A stretch of 64,000 nt of DNA from positions 186,001-250,000 of the forward strand of contig JBODTK010000133.1 of assembly GCA_050613775.1 (NCBI GenBank), read 5' to 3'. This document shows, piece by piece, positions 14,725 to 25,303 of this stretch; positions within the stretch are counted from its first letter, which is position 1, and the number at the start of each line of letters is the position of its first letter. Position numbers and translations under genes: made by a program. A model generated the notes under the pieces. The model saw nothing but the letters and a program-made list of their open reading frames with translations, searched no databases and had not been told where the DNA came from. Source of the stretch: Neocallimastix sp. 'constans' (Eukaryota).

Positions 14725-15145
14725 GTATATATAAATTCTTCTTTTAAGGAGTTAAATATAAGAATTGAATGGATTACGCTACAATTAAATAATAGACAAT
14801 AAGGCAGCAAGCAATGATACAACTGTCAAAAAATCAATCCATTAATATAAAATCAAAGTATATATAGATAGATAGATATCAAATATCACCACATTAAGAG
14901 ATCTAATTAAAATAAAAAGAAAATAAAATTAAATTGGTATATAAAATATAAAAAGTTAGAAAAGAATTTTGCCCTACGATTTTCCTAAATATCTGAACAG
15001 CTCATTAATGAATAAATTTAGATATAAAATTCTTATTAAACAAAAAAAAAAAAAATTGAAGATGAACAAACTGATAAATAAACAAAATCTAACTCAAATA
15101 AAAAAACGTCATTGAGACAGATTTGAGGGGGGTGGGGGGTTGACA
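13278..15145 (+). mobile_element. Heavily degraded Ty1/Copia pol relic (RT-RNase H) with PPT
   Basis: Broken-frame motifs occur in Copia order: DKWLK..NDELNNMK (~13840), KW (~14003), KCKARLVARG (~14060-14090), INAAYLN (~14260), NKA..GLKQ (~14350), NIKSKY..IKYHHI (~14845-14900). A G-rich tract TTTGAGGGGGGTGGGGGG (~15122-15139) precedes a presumed LTR. Ends are approximate. Confidence 0.7.
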
Positions 15146-15689
15146 ATCACAAATATCTATTATAAATCGAGCCAATATTAAAATATTATTCTAAGATAGT
15201 ACAAAAAATAATGAAAGTTGTATAAAAATTAAAACATGAAAGTCATAGAAAAGTTTAATTGAAATAATTACTTATTAGTCTTTTTAATCTTTTTAAATTT
15301 TTTATTAAGAATTATATTTTAACTGCGATAGAATCACTTTAATAAAATACTTTAAAGCTTCATTTTATATAAATTATAATTATTTTATTATATAATCCAT
15401 AACTTTATTTTATTTTATTTATTTATTTATTTTTTTTTTTTTTTAAAAAAAAAAAAGTTAACGAATTTACTTCAATTCGGAATTCAATAGTCTCTATAAT
15501 TCTTATTATTCTATACTCAGTTCTATATATACATATAACATTTATTATATTAACTATTTTTCTGTTCTAACTTTTATTTTTTACTTTATTTTTTTTTTGT
15601 TTTTATTGTTCATTTTAATTCTAAATTATAAAAAGAAATAGACAGAATTAAATAATTAAATAAATCTATTAATAATAATTAACTTTTTG

Positions 15690-15737
<48 letters not shown>

Positions 15738-16092
15738 AATTCATTTATAAGTTTTAAACATTTTATAAAAAAAAAAAAATTTTTTTTAAAATTATCCTAG
15801 TAATAATTCGTTACTTTTTCGTTACTTTTTTTTTTTTTAATTAATTAGAAAGCTATTCAATTTTAATTTTTGTAAATACAAATTATACAATTATAATTAT
15901 AATATAAATAATTACAAAAGTACCTCTTTATTTACCTATTCAATAACATTATATAAGTATGTACCTATTTATTTTTCTATTTATTTATCTATTTATTTGT
16001 TTATTATTTTAATACTATTTTATACATACATATAAAAATTCAAAATAAAAAAAAAAAAAAAAAAAAAAAAGACTTAATTTACTGGTATGATT

Positions 16093-16123
<31 letters not shown>

Positions 16124-16205
16124 AATACATATTATTGATTAAAATTATTTGAATAGTATGAAATTAATAAAATTCTTATAAATAAATTCTTATAAATATT
16201 TATAT

Positions 16206-17255
16206 TTAATTATTAAATCTTTTAATTTTTATTTTATTAATTAAATCTTCTTCTGGTTGAATATATTCAACCTTTTTTGTTTCTACTTTAATATCATTTC
16301 CTAAATTACGAATAAAGGAATTATCATAATAGAATTCATCAGATTTCTTTTTATATAATTTATTCTGATGTATAGGTTCTCTTCCAAAATATTCATTAGC
16401 ATTAATAGGTCTACTTTTATATAAGTCGTCTGGACGAGTGGGTTCATTTCTATAATATTCATTGGAATGAGCAGAATTATTATTAAATAATTCTTCTGGA
16501 CGAGCAGATACATTATTAAATGATTCTGAATTTATATAATTAAATGGAGCGACATCTATATCTGCATTCTTTGAATTAATTTGTGGACTAATGACTGGAG
16601 CCTGAACTATTCCATTCTTTTTAAACATTTGACCATCGTTATTACTTTGATTGTTTTTCTTTTTCATTCTTAATAATTGAACTTCCTCTTGAGTTAAAAT
16701 ATTAAGATTAACATCTTCATCAACAACTTCACTTCCATTGGTACGAATACCTGTTGGAGCATGATTAATTGGTCTACTGTGTGCAAATAATGGATTTGGA
16801 TAATGTGTTTTATTTGGCTTTGGACCGTTATTATATTGGTGATCAGGATAAGTATAACCGCTAATAAAACGATCTTCTGTTTGAGAAATATTAAAAGTAT
16901 TATCTATTGAAGAGGTTAATACTGAACTATTATTATATTGTCTATCGCTATTTAATCTTCCACTATTTCCACTCGTATTAATACTCGATTTAACTGCTCC
17001 TCTATCAGACGTATTATGTGATTTTTTTTTTGTAGCATAAAGATAAAAGAGAGTACCTCCTACAACAAACAAACCTATAATAGTACTTATGATAGGATAA
17101 GTATATGAACTTAATGGACTATGATTATTTTCAACTTCTACAACTGGTTTTGTTGGTGAAGCAGCTGGATTTTCAGTTGGAGTAACGGTATTAACTAAAG
17201 TTGAAACCATTTTAGTTGCTGCTGGAGCATCTGATACAATTGTTGAATTATTCAT
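16206..17255 (-). CDS. Hypothetical single-pass membrane protein (349 aa), apparently intronless
   Basis: Clean ATG-TAA ORF with higher GC than its flanks. It has a Ser/Thr/Pro-rich N-terminus, one hydrophobic helix (PIISTIIGLFVVGGTLFYLYA) followed by KKK, and a long Asn-rich tail. No family recognised. Confidence 0.75.
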   Translation of the reverse strand: MNNSTIVSDAPAATKMVSTLVNTVTPTENPAASPTKPVVEVENNHSPLSSYTYPIISTIIGLFVVGGTLFYLYATKKKSHNTSDRGAVKSSINTSGNSGRLNSDRQYNNSSVLTSSIDNTFNISQTEDRFISGYTYPDHQYNNGPKPNKTHYPNPLFAHSRPINHAPTGIRTNGSEVVDEDVNLNILTQEEVQLLRMKKKNNQSNNDGQMFKKNGIVQAPVISPQINSKNADIDVAPFNYINSESFNNVSARPEELFNNNSAHSNEYYRNEPTRPDDLYKSRPINANEYFGREPIHQNKLYKKKSDEFYYDNSFIRNLGNDIKVETKKVEYIQPEEDLINKIKIKRFNN

Positions 17256-17789
17256 ATTATTTAAATAGTGTTATTAATATTATTTTTTGATATTTACTTA
17301 TAAATATAATTTTTAATTATTGTTTAATTATTATTTATATCAATTTTTTCTCTTTGGTATTAGAATTTTCTTTTTTTTATAATTGTTATAATATTCAACT
17401 TCTTATTTATTTAATTTTAATTTTTATTATTATTTTTTGTTATAACCAATTTTTTGATTATTTTGTTTATAAAATAATAATTGTATTATTAAATTAATAA
17501 TATACAAGTTGAAAAGTATTAAATTGTTTAAGATAGTATTCTTTATTCTTTCTTTAAAAAAAAAAATAAAATAATAATTATCATTTAAAGATAATTTATA
17601 AAATAAAAAAAAAAGGTATATACAGTATGAAAAAAAAAAGGCTTTCGTATTCTTTTATTATTCTTTATATATGATTTTTTTTTTTTTTTTTTTTTTTAAC
17701 TCTATATAACTTTCTTCCTTTATTTATATAGTTATTATATTTATAATAACAAATAATAATTACTATTAAAGTAAATATATTATAAATAA

Positions 17790-17825
<36 letters not shown>

Positions 17826-18523
17826 TTTTTACTTTTATTATATTTATATAAAAAATTTCTTAAAGTTCAAAAAAAAAAAAAAAAAAAAAGCGTACATTTT
17901 ACATTATATACTAAAATTTAATTAATTATTAAATTAAGATTTTGGGTTTTTCCAAATGGTTACCTAATAAATCAATACAGTATAAAATATATTTAGAAAG
18001 AAAAAAAAAAAAAAATTATAAAAATTATAAAAACTTAATTAAAAAATAAATTTTAATTAAAAAAATATAAAAAAATTTTTTTTTTCTATTTAATAATTAG
18101 TTTTAAAACAAATTAAATTAATTATTATGAAATAAAATTTAAAAATAATTAAAAAATTAAAAGAAATTCAAAAAAATAATAAAAAATAAAAAATAAAAAA
18201 AATAATTAAAAATAATAATAATAAAAAATAAAAAAGAAAAAAGAAAAATTAAATTTAATTAAATTTTCAAATTTTATTTCTTATTAAATTGTTTGATTCA
18301 AAATTATTATTATATAAGATTTACAATAAGATTTGTATATAATTTATAATATATTTTAATTTGTATTATACATATATTATCAAAATATATCATTATATAT
18401 TGTAATATATAATAGAAGTATATATAATAAAACCCACTTAAACATTTTTTAAAACATTTTCCATATTTAATTTTTAAAGTTATATATAAAAATATTATAT
18501 AAATAATAATAATTTTTATATAT

Positions 18524-20733
18524 TGCAATGTATGTCTCATAATTAAAATCAAAAATCTTTTTCTTTAACGATGCGCCACATATCATAATGTATGCGCCAC
18601 TACAACATGGACATAATAGAATATTTCAGCCATTAGTCTTTTTACATTATATCCAAAAACTATTTAAAATGAAATACTATATAAAAATAAATAATATTTC
18701 AAAGAATTAGAAATCTCTCAAAAATAACGAGGATATTATCATCACTTCCTTAGAAGTCCCCTCAAATCACCTGGACAACATAAATTCATTCAAGGGCAAA
18801 GACACAGACATTGAAAGATTTTTTTTTTTTCAATGTGCCGCCGGAACCAACGACTATGAGACAAGTTCAGCCATTTCTTGGGTTTGGAAATTACTACCGC
18901 CGATTTATAAAGAATTTTTCATTAAAAAGCAAGCCTGCTCTTCCACCTAACTAAGAAAGGAATTGATTTCGATTGAAATGAAGAGTATCAGAAATCTTTC
19001 GACACACTTAGGAATTGGAAAAACTGCCGAACTAATCAGTAGAAATTTTTACTGGCCTGCATGGATAAAAAACGAAAAGATATTCAAAACTACGTAAAGG
19101 CCTGTAAAATATGCTCCAGTATGAAGTCTTCTCGTCATAAACCCTATGGTGAAATGATCCCTCTGGATATTCCGTCCTGTCCTTGGAAAGTTGTAGAGAT
19201 AGATTTCATTACTAATGTTCCATCAAGAAATCTAGAATTCTCGATTATGGGTCTCATTCGATAGGCCTACTAAAATGATTCACCTATACGCCTTTCCAGG
19301 ACTTCCTACTGCTAACGAAGCTTGCTATTACTTTTCTTAAAAGTTTTTTTCTAGCTTCATGGACTACCAACCTAAATTATAACTGACCGTAGTTCTTAGT
19401 TCACAAGCGAACTGTGGAAAGAAATAATGGGTTATCCTTTCTATTAAGCATAGCATTGCTACTACCCGGTCATCACACTACTGTAGGACAAGTCGAGAGA
19501 TGGAATCAGTCTATCGAACGAACAGTTCATTAGATATTTCCTAAGAGCTTTACCCTTCTGAAGATTGGTTGGATTGGTTGCATTTAATTGAATTTATTTA
19601 CAACCACAGTAAGAATTCATCCACTAGACAACCACCATTCTTTGCATTCAAATGGGTGTAACCTACCTTCATTCTCTTCCACACAGCAATTCTGTCATCT
19701 CTACATCTGGTAAAGTTTTATCATATCCCAGACTTTGCTGAGAATGTGAAAAAAAAAAAACTAAAAAAACACGTACTAACGGCTTTCCAAGAGCTCTACA
19801 AACACTACGCTGATTCTATAAAAGAAGTTTTCCTTCCATCCTTCAAAGTTGGAGACCTATTTTGGTTGAAAAGACCTTCCAATTATATTCCAAACTTCTC
19901 AACAAAATTATGTCCCGAGGAAATATGGGCCTTTCAAAATTACGGAAGGCCTTAAAAATTTAATAATTTCAGACTAAATCTTTCAAATTCTCCTTTTCCA
20001 TGTAAATTCGATATTTTTTAATATTTGTGAATTTACTAAACGAAACAAGTCTCTCTCTGATATAGATCACTCTCTCTCCAGAAATTCATTCAATTTTAAA
20101 TGGCAAAATTAATCCAGAAAATTACAATTGTAAATATTTAGTATCTTACCTAGAGCCTGGGTTTTCAAAATAAATGGGTGGATTCCTCGACTTATAGACG
20201 AAGACGACTATTATTCTGTAATACTAGCTCACCTTAATACTATCTCCAAACAATTCTCCTAATAAACTGGGGCTTGAAGGGGGGAAGTGTAATGTATGTC
20301 TCATGATTAAAATCAAAAATCTTTTTCTTTAACCATATGCGCCACATACTATAATGTACGCGCCACTACAAAAAATAAATGGACATAATAGAAAATTCCA
20401 GCCATTAATATTTTTACATTATGTCCAAAAATTATTTAAAATGAAATACTCTATAAAAATAAAATAATATTTCAAAGCATTAGATTCTCTTTTTCTTTTT
20501 TTCCAACTTTACCTCTCAATAAAAAGATCAATTTTGAGAAGTCTACATATTAGGAATAGATAAAACTATAATCCTTTCTTCAAGGGCATTAATACTACTT
20601 ACTATAAAGAAGCTTAAAAGAATTAAATAAAGATAATTTTAAGTTACATAACTAATAAAATAAAATAATAAATAAAGTTGAATAATTAAGTGATTTCCCG
20701 GTAAACATTAATCAATTACTAATATATTTAACA
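18524..20733 (+). mobile_element. Internally deleted, pseudogenised Ty3/Gypsy LTR retrotransposon
   Basis: A truncated 5' LTR (18524-~18718, TGCAATGTATGTCTCAT...) matches the 3' LTR starting at 20288 (TGTAATGTATGTCTCAT...) and likely ending TTTAACA at 20733. The PPT GAAGGGGGGAAG lies just upstream of 20288. TATAT flanks both ends (possible 5-bp TSD, but low complexity). Internal fragments: FKGKDTDIERF (gag), FLGFGNYYRRFIKNF (RT end), GIGKTAELISRNFYWP, CKICSSMKSSRHKPYG, PWKVVEIDFITNVP (integrase), FKVGDLFWL. Many stops and frameshifts. Confidence 0.9.
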
Positions 20734-21370
20734 TATATATTTTATACTATTTTTCTTTTTTTTTTTTTTTTTTTTTTAAATTTTATTATTTAATTAATTT
20801 ATAAAACTTTTAATATTAAAAAAAAGGAAACATTATGCAAATAAATAAAAATATTTTTCTAGATGGAAATCTGTGTAACCTAAATAGTTTAAGTATTTTT
20901 TTTTTAATGTTAATGTTTTATTTTATTATGTACTTTTTTATATTTAAAAAAAAATAATATCAATATATGTATTTATGGCAATTTTTAAATTATGGATGAA
21001 ATTTTAAAAAATTAATATTAATATTGAAAAGATGATTATTGGAAAATTATATTGTATAAATTAAAATAAAAATAAAAAATATAAAAAAAAATTTTTTTAA
21101 AGATAATGATAATAAAATATCATTATATCATTATATCATTATATCATTATATCATTATATCATTATATCATATCTTTATATCATTATTCGTTAATAATAA
21201 AATTAAATTAATTATCAATTAAAAATAATTTGTAGCTTAATATACTTTTAATTATTATTTCTTATAAATACAAATATAATTTTATGTAAATTAATATTAT
21301 ATTACTCATATAACTATTTATAGAATAATAAATTAGGAATGCACTCTTTTTTTTTTTTTTTTTTTTTTTT

Positions 21371-21499
21371 GCTTTTATTTTAATATTTAATATAAATCAA
21401 TACCATAAAATATATTTATTAATTCGGTCTAAATAGTTTTTGCTTTTATTTTAATATAAATCAATACCATAAAATATATTTATTAATTCGGTCTAAATA
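21371..21499. repeat. Tandem duplication of a ~60-70 bp unit
   Basis: GCTTTTATTTTAATAT...AAATCAATACCATAAAATATATTTATTAATTCGGTCTAAATA occurs twice in succession. Confidence 0.8.
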
Positions 21500-21705
21500 T
21501 TGTTTGTTTAATAGCATAATTATAAAAAAAATAAAAATTTATACTTTTTATTTTATTATAATTTACAAAACTTTTATCTGCAATTATTTTTTATAATTTA
21601 AAAATTATAAAATCTATTGAAAAAAAAAAAAATTTTTAAAATATAATCGCAAAAATTCATTGCTAATTAATTTCAAAATTAAACAGCTATGCAATTTTGT
21701 TCCAT

Positions 21706-21741
<36 letters not shown>

Positions 21742-22444
21742 TAAAGTATAAAGTTTCTTCAATTCTTTAAATGATAATTCCAATCAATTGTAAAATACAA
21801 TTTAGTAAATATTTAATTTGAATTAAAAAAAAAAAACTTTTTTAATTTTTAAAAATATTTTTTAAAACTATATATATATCTTAATTTTAATAATTAATAA
21901 TTTATAATAATTCATTGATTGATGAAAAGTTTTTAAAAAAAAATTATTTATTCAAAGTCAATAAATTTTATTATATTAAGTAAAATTTTTATTGTATAGA
22001 TTATAATATAATTATACTATTATAATATTATTTCAAAATTTTTTTTTTTTTTTTTTTTTTTTAACAAAAAATATAAGAAAAAAATTCATTATTTACATGA
22101 AGTTTATTAAATATAATTCAATATTAACATTTAATGGTTATCTATATCTACATTTATATATAATAATAATATAAAAATTATAAGCTTTAATAATATTTAT
22201 TTATAATAAAGTATTAAAAAAAAAAAAAAAAAAACCTATTTTTTTTAATATATAAATATAAATATAAATATTTCCTGATAATTGTACTAAGATAATTAAG
22301 GTTTTATTTTTATTTTTTATTTTATTAAATTTATATAATTTCAATATTCGATAATGAAACATTTAATAAAATTCAATAAATTTTTTTAAAATATTTATTA
22401 AAAGTTATATATTATATCAAATTTTTATTATTAATATATATATA

Positions 22445-22496
<52 letters not shown>

Positions 22497-23464
22497 ATTA
22501 TTATTATTATTATTATTATTATTATAATTGTTATTTTTCAATATTATTGTAAATTATAAATGATTTATGGAAATTTCATTTTAGTTTATTTGGTCATAAT
22601 CGGTTCAATTAAATGGAAAATAATAATTAATAAATTATATAAAATTATAAATAATTATATTACTGTAACTGAAAATAGTTTATAATTTATATTTCGTATT
22701 TTACTTATTTCTATATATATATATATAATATTTTATCATAAAAATATAAACCTAAACCTTACATTATTACTTATTAATAATTATATTATCTATAATAATA
22801 TAATCAATATTAAGAAAACTTTTAATATAAATTAATTCAAAATATATTTTTGAGAAACATTAATAAAATTCAGTTTCATTTGTTACTTTTTAGATATAAA
22901 ATTAATCTTTAATACAATTATATTTTTTTTTTTTTTTTTTTTTTATTTAATTATTTGAAAATTTTAACATTATACATGTGTTATAAATTCTAATTGCTTA
23001 ATTTAATTTTTTTATTATTATTATTATTTTATTTTTTTTTTTTTTTTTTTTTACTTTTTTGTCATTTATTAATTTTTTAATTAATTATAACAATAATTGA
23101 TAAACTATTGCTTTTGTTGAATAATTACGTTTATCCATTTTAAAAAATATTTGTATTATAAATATATGCATTATATCTATTCATAAAAAAATTAATTTTA
23201 TTTTATATATATATATATATATCTATTTTTTTGATTATTTTTTTTTTAATAATTAAATCTATTCCAAGTATTATTAATGCATACTAATTATTTTATATTT
23301 TTACTTTTTTTTATTTTCTTTATTATTTTTTTATTTTTATTTATTTATTTTTATTCATTTATTTATTTTTATTCATTTATTTATTTATTTTTTTATTGTT
23401 TTTTTGCCTATATATAAATATTTTTGTTATAAATAATTTTATTATTATTTATTATTATTTATAT

Positions 23465-25303
23465 TTAGCTATGAAATATAATTTCAGTTGGTATTAATTT
23501 TGGATCAAGTTTTGTTTTTAAATATTCATTTAATAAAGTCATATCAGGTTCTTGTTTTCCATAAATATGACTAATTAATTTAAATTTATTTTTATCAAAT
23601 TTATATTCGGTGGTAGCTTTATCAATTCCTTCATATTCATTTAAGGTTTTTTCGATATTATTAATGTTTGTATAATTGTTAATATCAGTCATAATATATC
23701 TACAATCATTTTCTAAGATATTTATACTTCCATCTGGTAAGAATTTACCAGTATATCCTGTTTTATAAAGTTTTCCTTCACCAAATGGATTAGGAATACT
23801 TTCTTTACATACTTCTTTAATAATTCCATTTTCATTTTCTTCTAAATATAAATCACCCCATCCACCTATAACTTGTTTTTCGAATTGATTTCTTAAAATA
23901 TAGGCATTAATATGAGTATTAGTTTCTTTTTCATCTTCAATAAATGTTCTACCAATAACTTCATTTAATTGTGAAATAGTAGTGGTGCATTTGGTTGTAA
24001 TATATTCATCAGATATTTTCAATTTCAAATCTTTCATATATTTTGTTTCATTGACCATTGCAACTACAATATCTTCTACAATATGAATAAATGTAGTTAA
24101 TTGCTGTCCATCAAAGATATTATTCCAATACATAATATTATAATGGAAATTATTATTTATATAAAAAATAGCAAATTGAATTAATGAAGGTCTTCTTTTT
24201 AATGGTATTTTTGTTATTGGTTTATTATCAAAAGATGTAGTATTATGTATATCGGTTTGATATTGAAAGGAAACAGCATTCAAATTTGGAACATTATATT
24301 CATAACTAATTGATTCTAGAATTTGTTTCCCCATACGATGAAGAGATTGAAGAACTGTTTCATTTTCTATTTCTTTATATCTGAGAGAATAATCATATGC
24401 GAAAAATCCCATTGCTCTATCAAATTCTTTATCAAGACGTCCATTATACATACTATAGATAACAGTGTCATTGGTATTTTCATAAATATTAAGAGCTTGA
24501 GTAAAAGCAGTTGAAAATAAAACATTTTCTGAAACGTGATTATCTTTACAAAATTGTTTTAACTGATTGAAATTAATTTTTGATAATTCACCCTCCATTT
24601 TTCCATTATAATCTATATCAGAAGTATTATAAGCATTTCTAAGAACAAAGGCATTATCCCTTACAGAATAACCATCTAATATTTGATTAATATAATTCAT
24701 TTTTTTCATAATCTTTTCTTTAATATTAACATTTTTTTCTTTTAATACATATTCAAAAGCTGTATGAGATTTAGGCTTCACATCTTTTCCACTAAAAATA
24801 TCATTTAATTCTTTTATTAAAATTTTTATTGAATAACCATCTGAAATCATATGTGATACATCAAAAAATAAGTAATTTTCATTATTTTCTACTTCATAAA
24901 TTGAAATATGATATAATGGTTCATTTTCAATACAATGGAATGGCTTTACTAAATTTTCTTTTTCATGCATCCATTCATTGGATGTTAATTTTTTTATTGG
25001 AATATCAACTTTTAAGTCGTCATTTCTATAATTTTTAAATTGATCATCTTCTTTACTTTTATAAATAAAAGATTTAAGCTCAACATGAATATCAATTAAT
25101 TTTTCAATTGAACTTTTCAATAATTGTAAATCAATATCAGGATGTAATTTCCATAATGATGGTATATTTCCAAATGTACTGTTATTAAAATATGGCAAAA
25201 CAACACTTTGGGTGAATGATAAAGGATATTCTTTATGTCTATTAGAATTATCATTTTGATAAATGTGATTTCTATTGTCATTATTATTATCTTTGATTTC
25301 ATT
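23465..25303 (-). CDS. NRPS-like gene, 3' part: condensation domain plus truncated adenylation remnant (continues the upstream ORF after a 1-nt frameshift)
   Basis: The frame is open from 25303, upstream of the TTG used by the ORF track. It includes the C1 motif YPLSFTQ, the active-site variant SHMISDGYS (HHxxxDG), and NGR...MGFFA. A degenerate A-domain C-terminal half follows (GGWGDLYL, PNPFGEGKLYKTGYTGKFLPDGSI, LIPTEI). Confidence 0.85.
   Translation of the reverse strand, partial: NEIKDNNNDNRNHIYQNDNSNRHKEYPLSFTQSVVLPYFNNSTFGNIPSLWKLHPDIDLQLLKSSIEKLIDIHVELKSFIYKSKEDDQFKNYRNDDLKVDIPIKKLTSNEWMHEKENLVKPFHCIENEPLYHISIYEVENNENYLFFDVSHMISDGYSIKILIKELNDIFSGKDVKPKSHTAFEYVLKEKNVNIKEKIMKKMNYINQILDGYSVRDNAFVLRNAYNTSDIDYNGKMEGELSKINFNQLKQFCKDNHVSENVLFSTAFTQALNIYENTNDTVIYSMYNGRLDKEFDRAMGFFAYDYSLRYKEIENETVLQSLHRMGKQILESISYEYNVPNLNAVSFQYQTDIHNTTSFDNKPITKIPLKRRPSLIQFAIFYINNNFHYNIMYWNNIFDGQQLTTFIHIVEDIVVAMVNETKYMKDLKLKISDEYITTKCTTTISQLNEVIGRTFIEDEKETNTHINAYILRNQFEKQVIGGWGDLYLEENENGIIKEVCKESIPNPFGEGKLYKTGYTGKFLPDGSINILENDCRYIMTDINNYTNINNIEKTLNEYEGIDKATTEYKFDKNKFKLISHIYGKQEPDMTLLNEYLKTKLDPKLIPTEIIFHS

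Noticed and set aside
25117..25302. TAATG stop-restart ORF (61 aa) as translational coupling
   Set aside because: It is in a different frame from the condensation domain and has no recognisable content.
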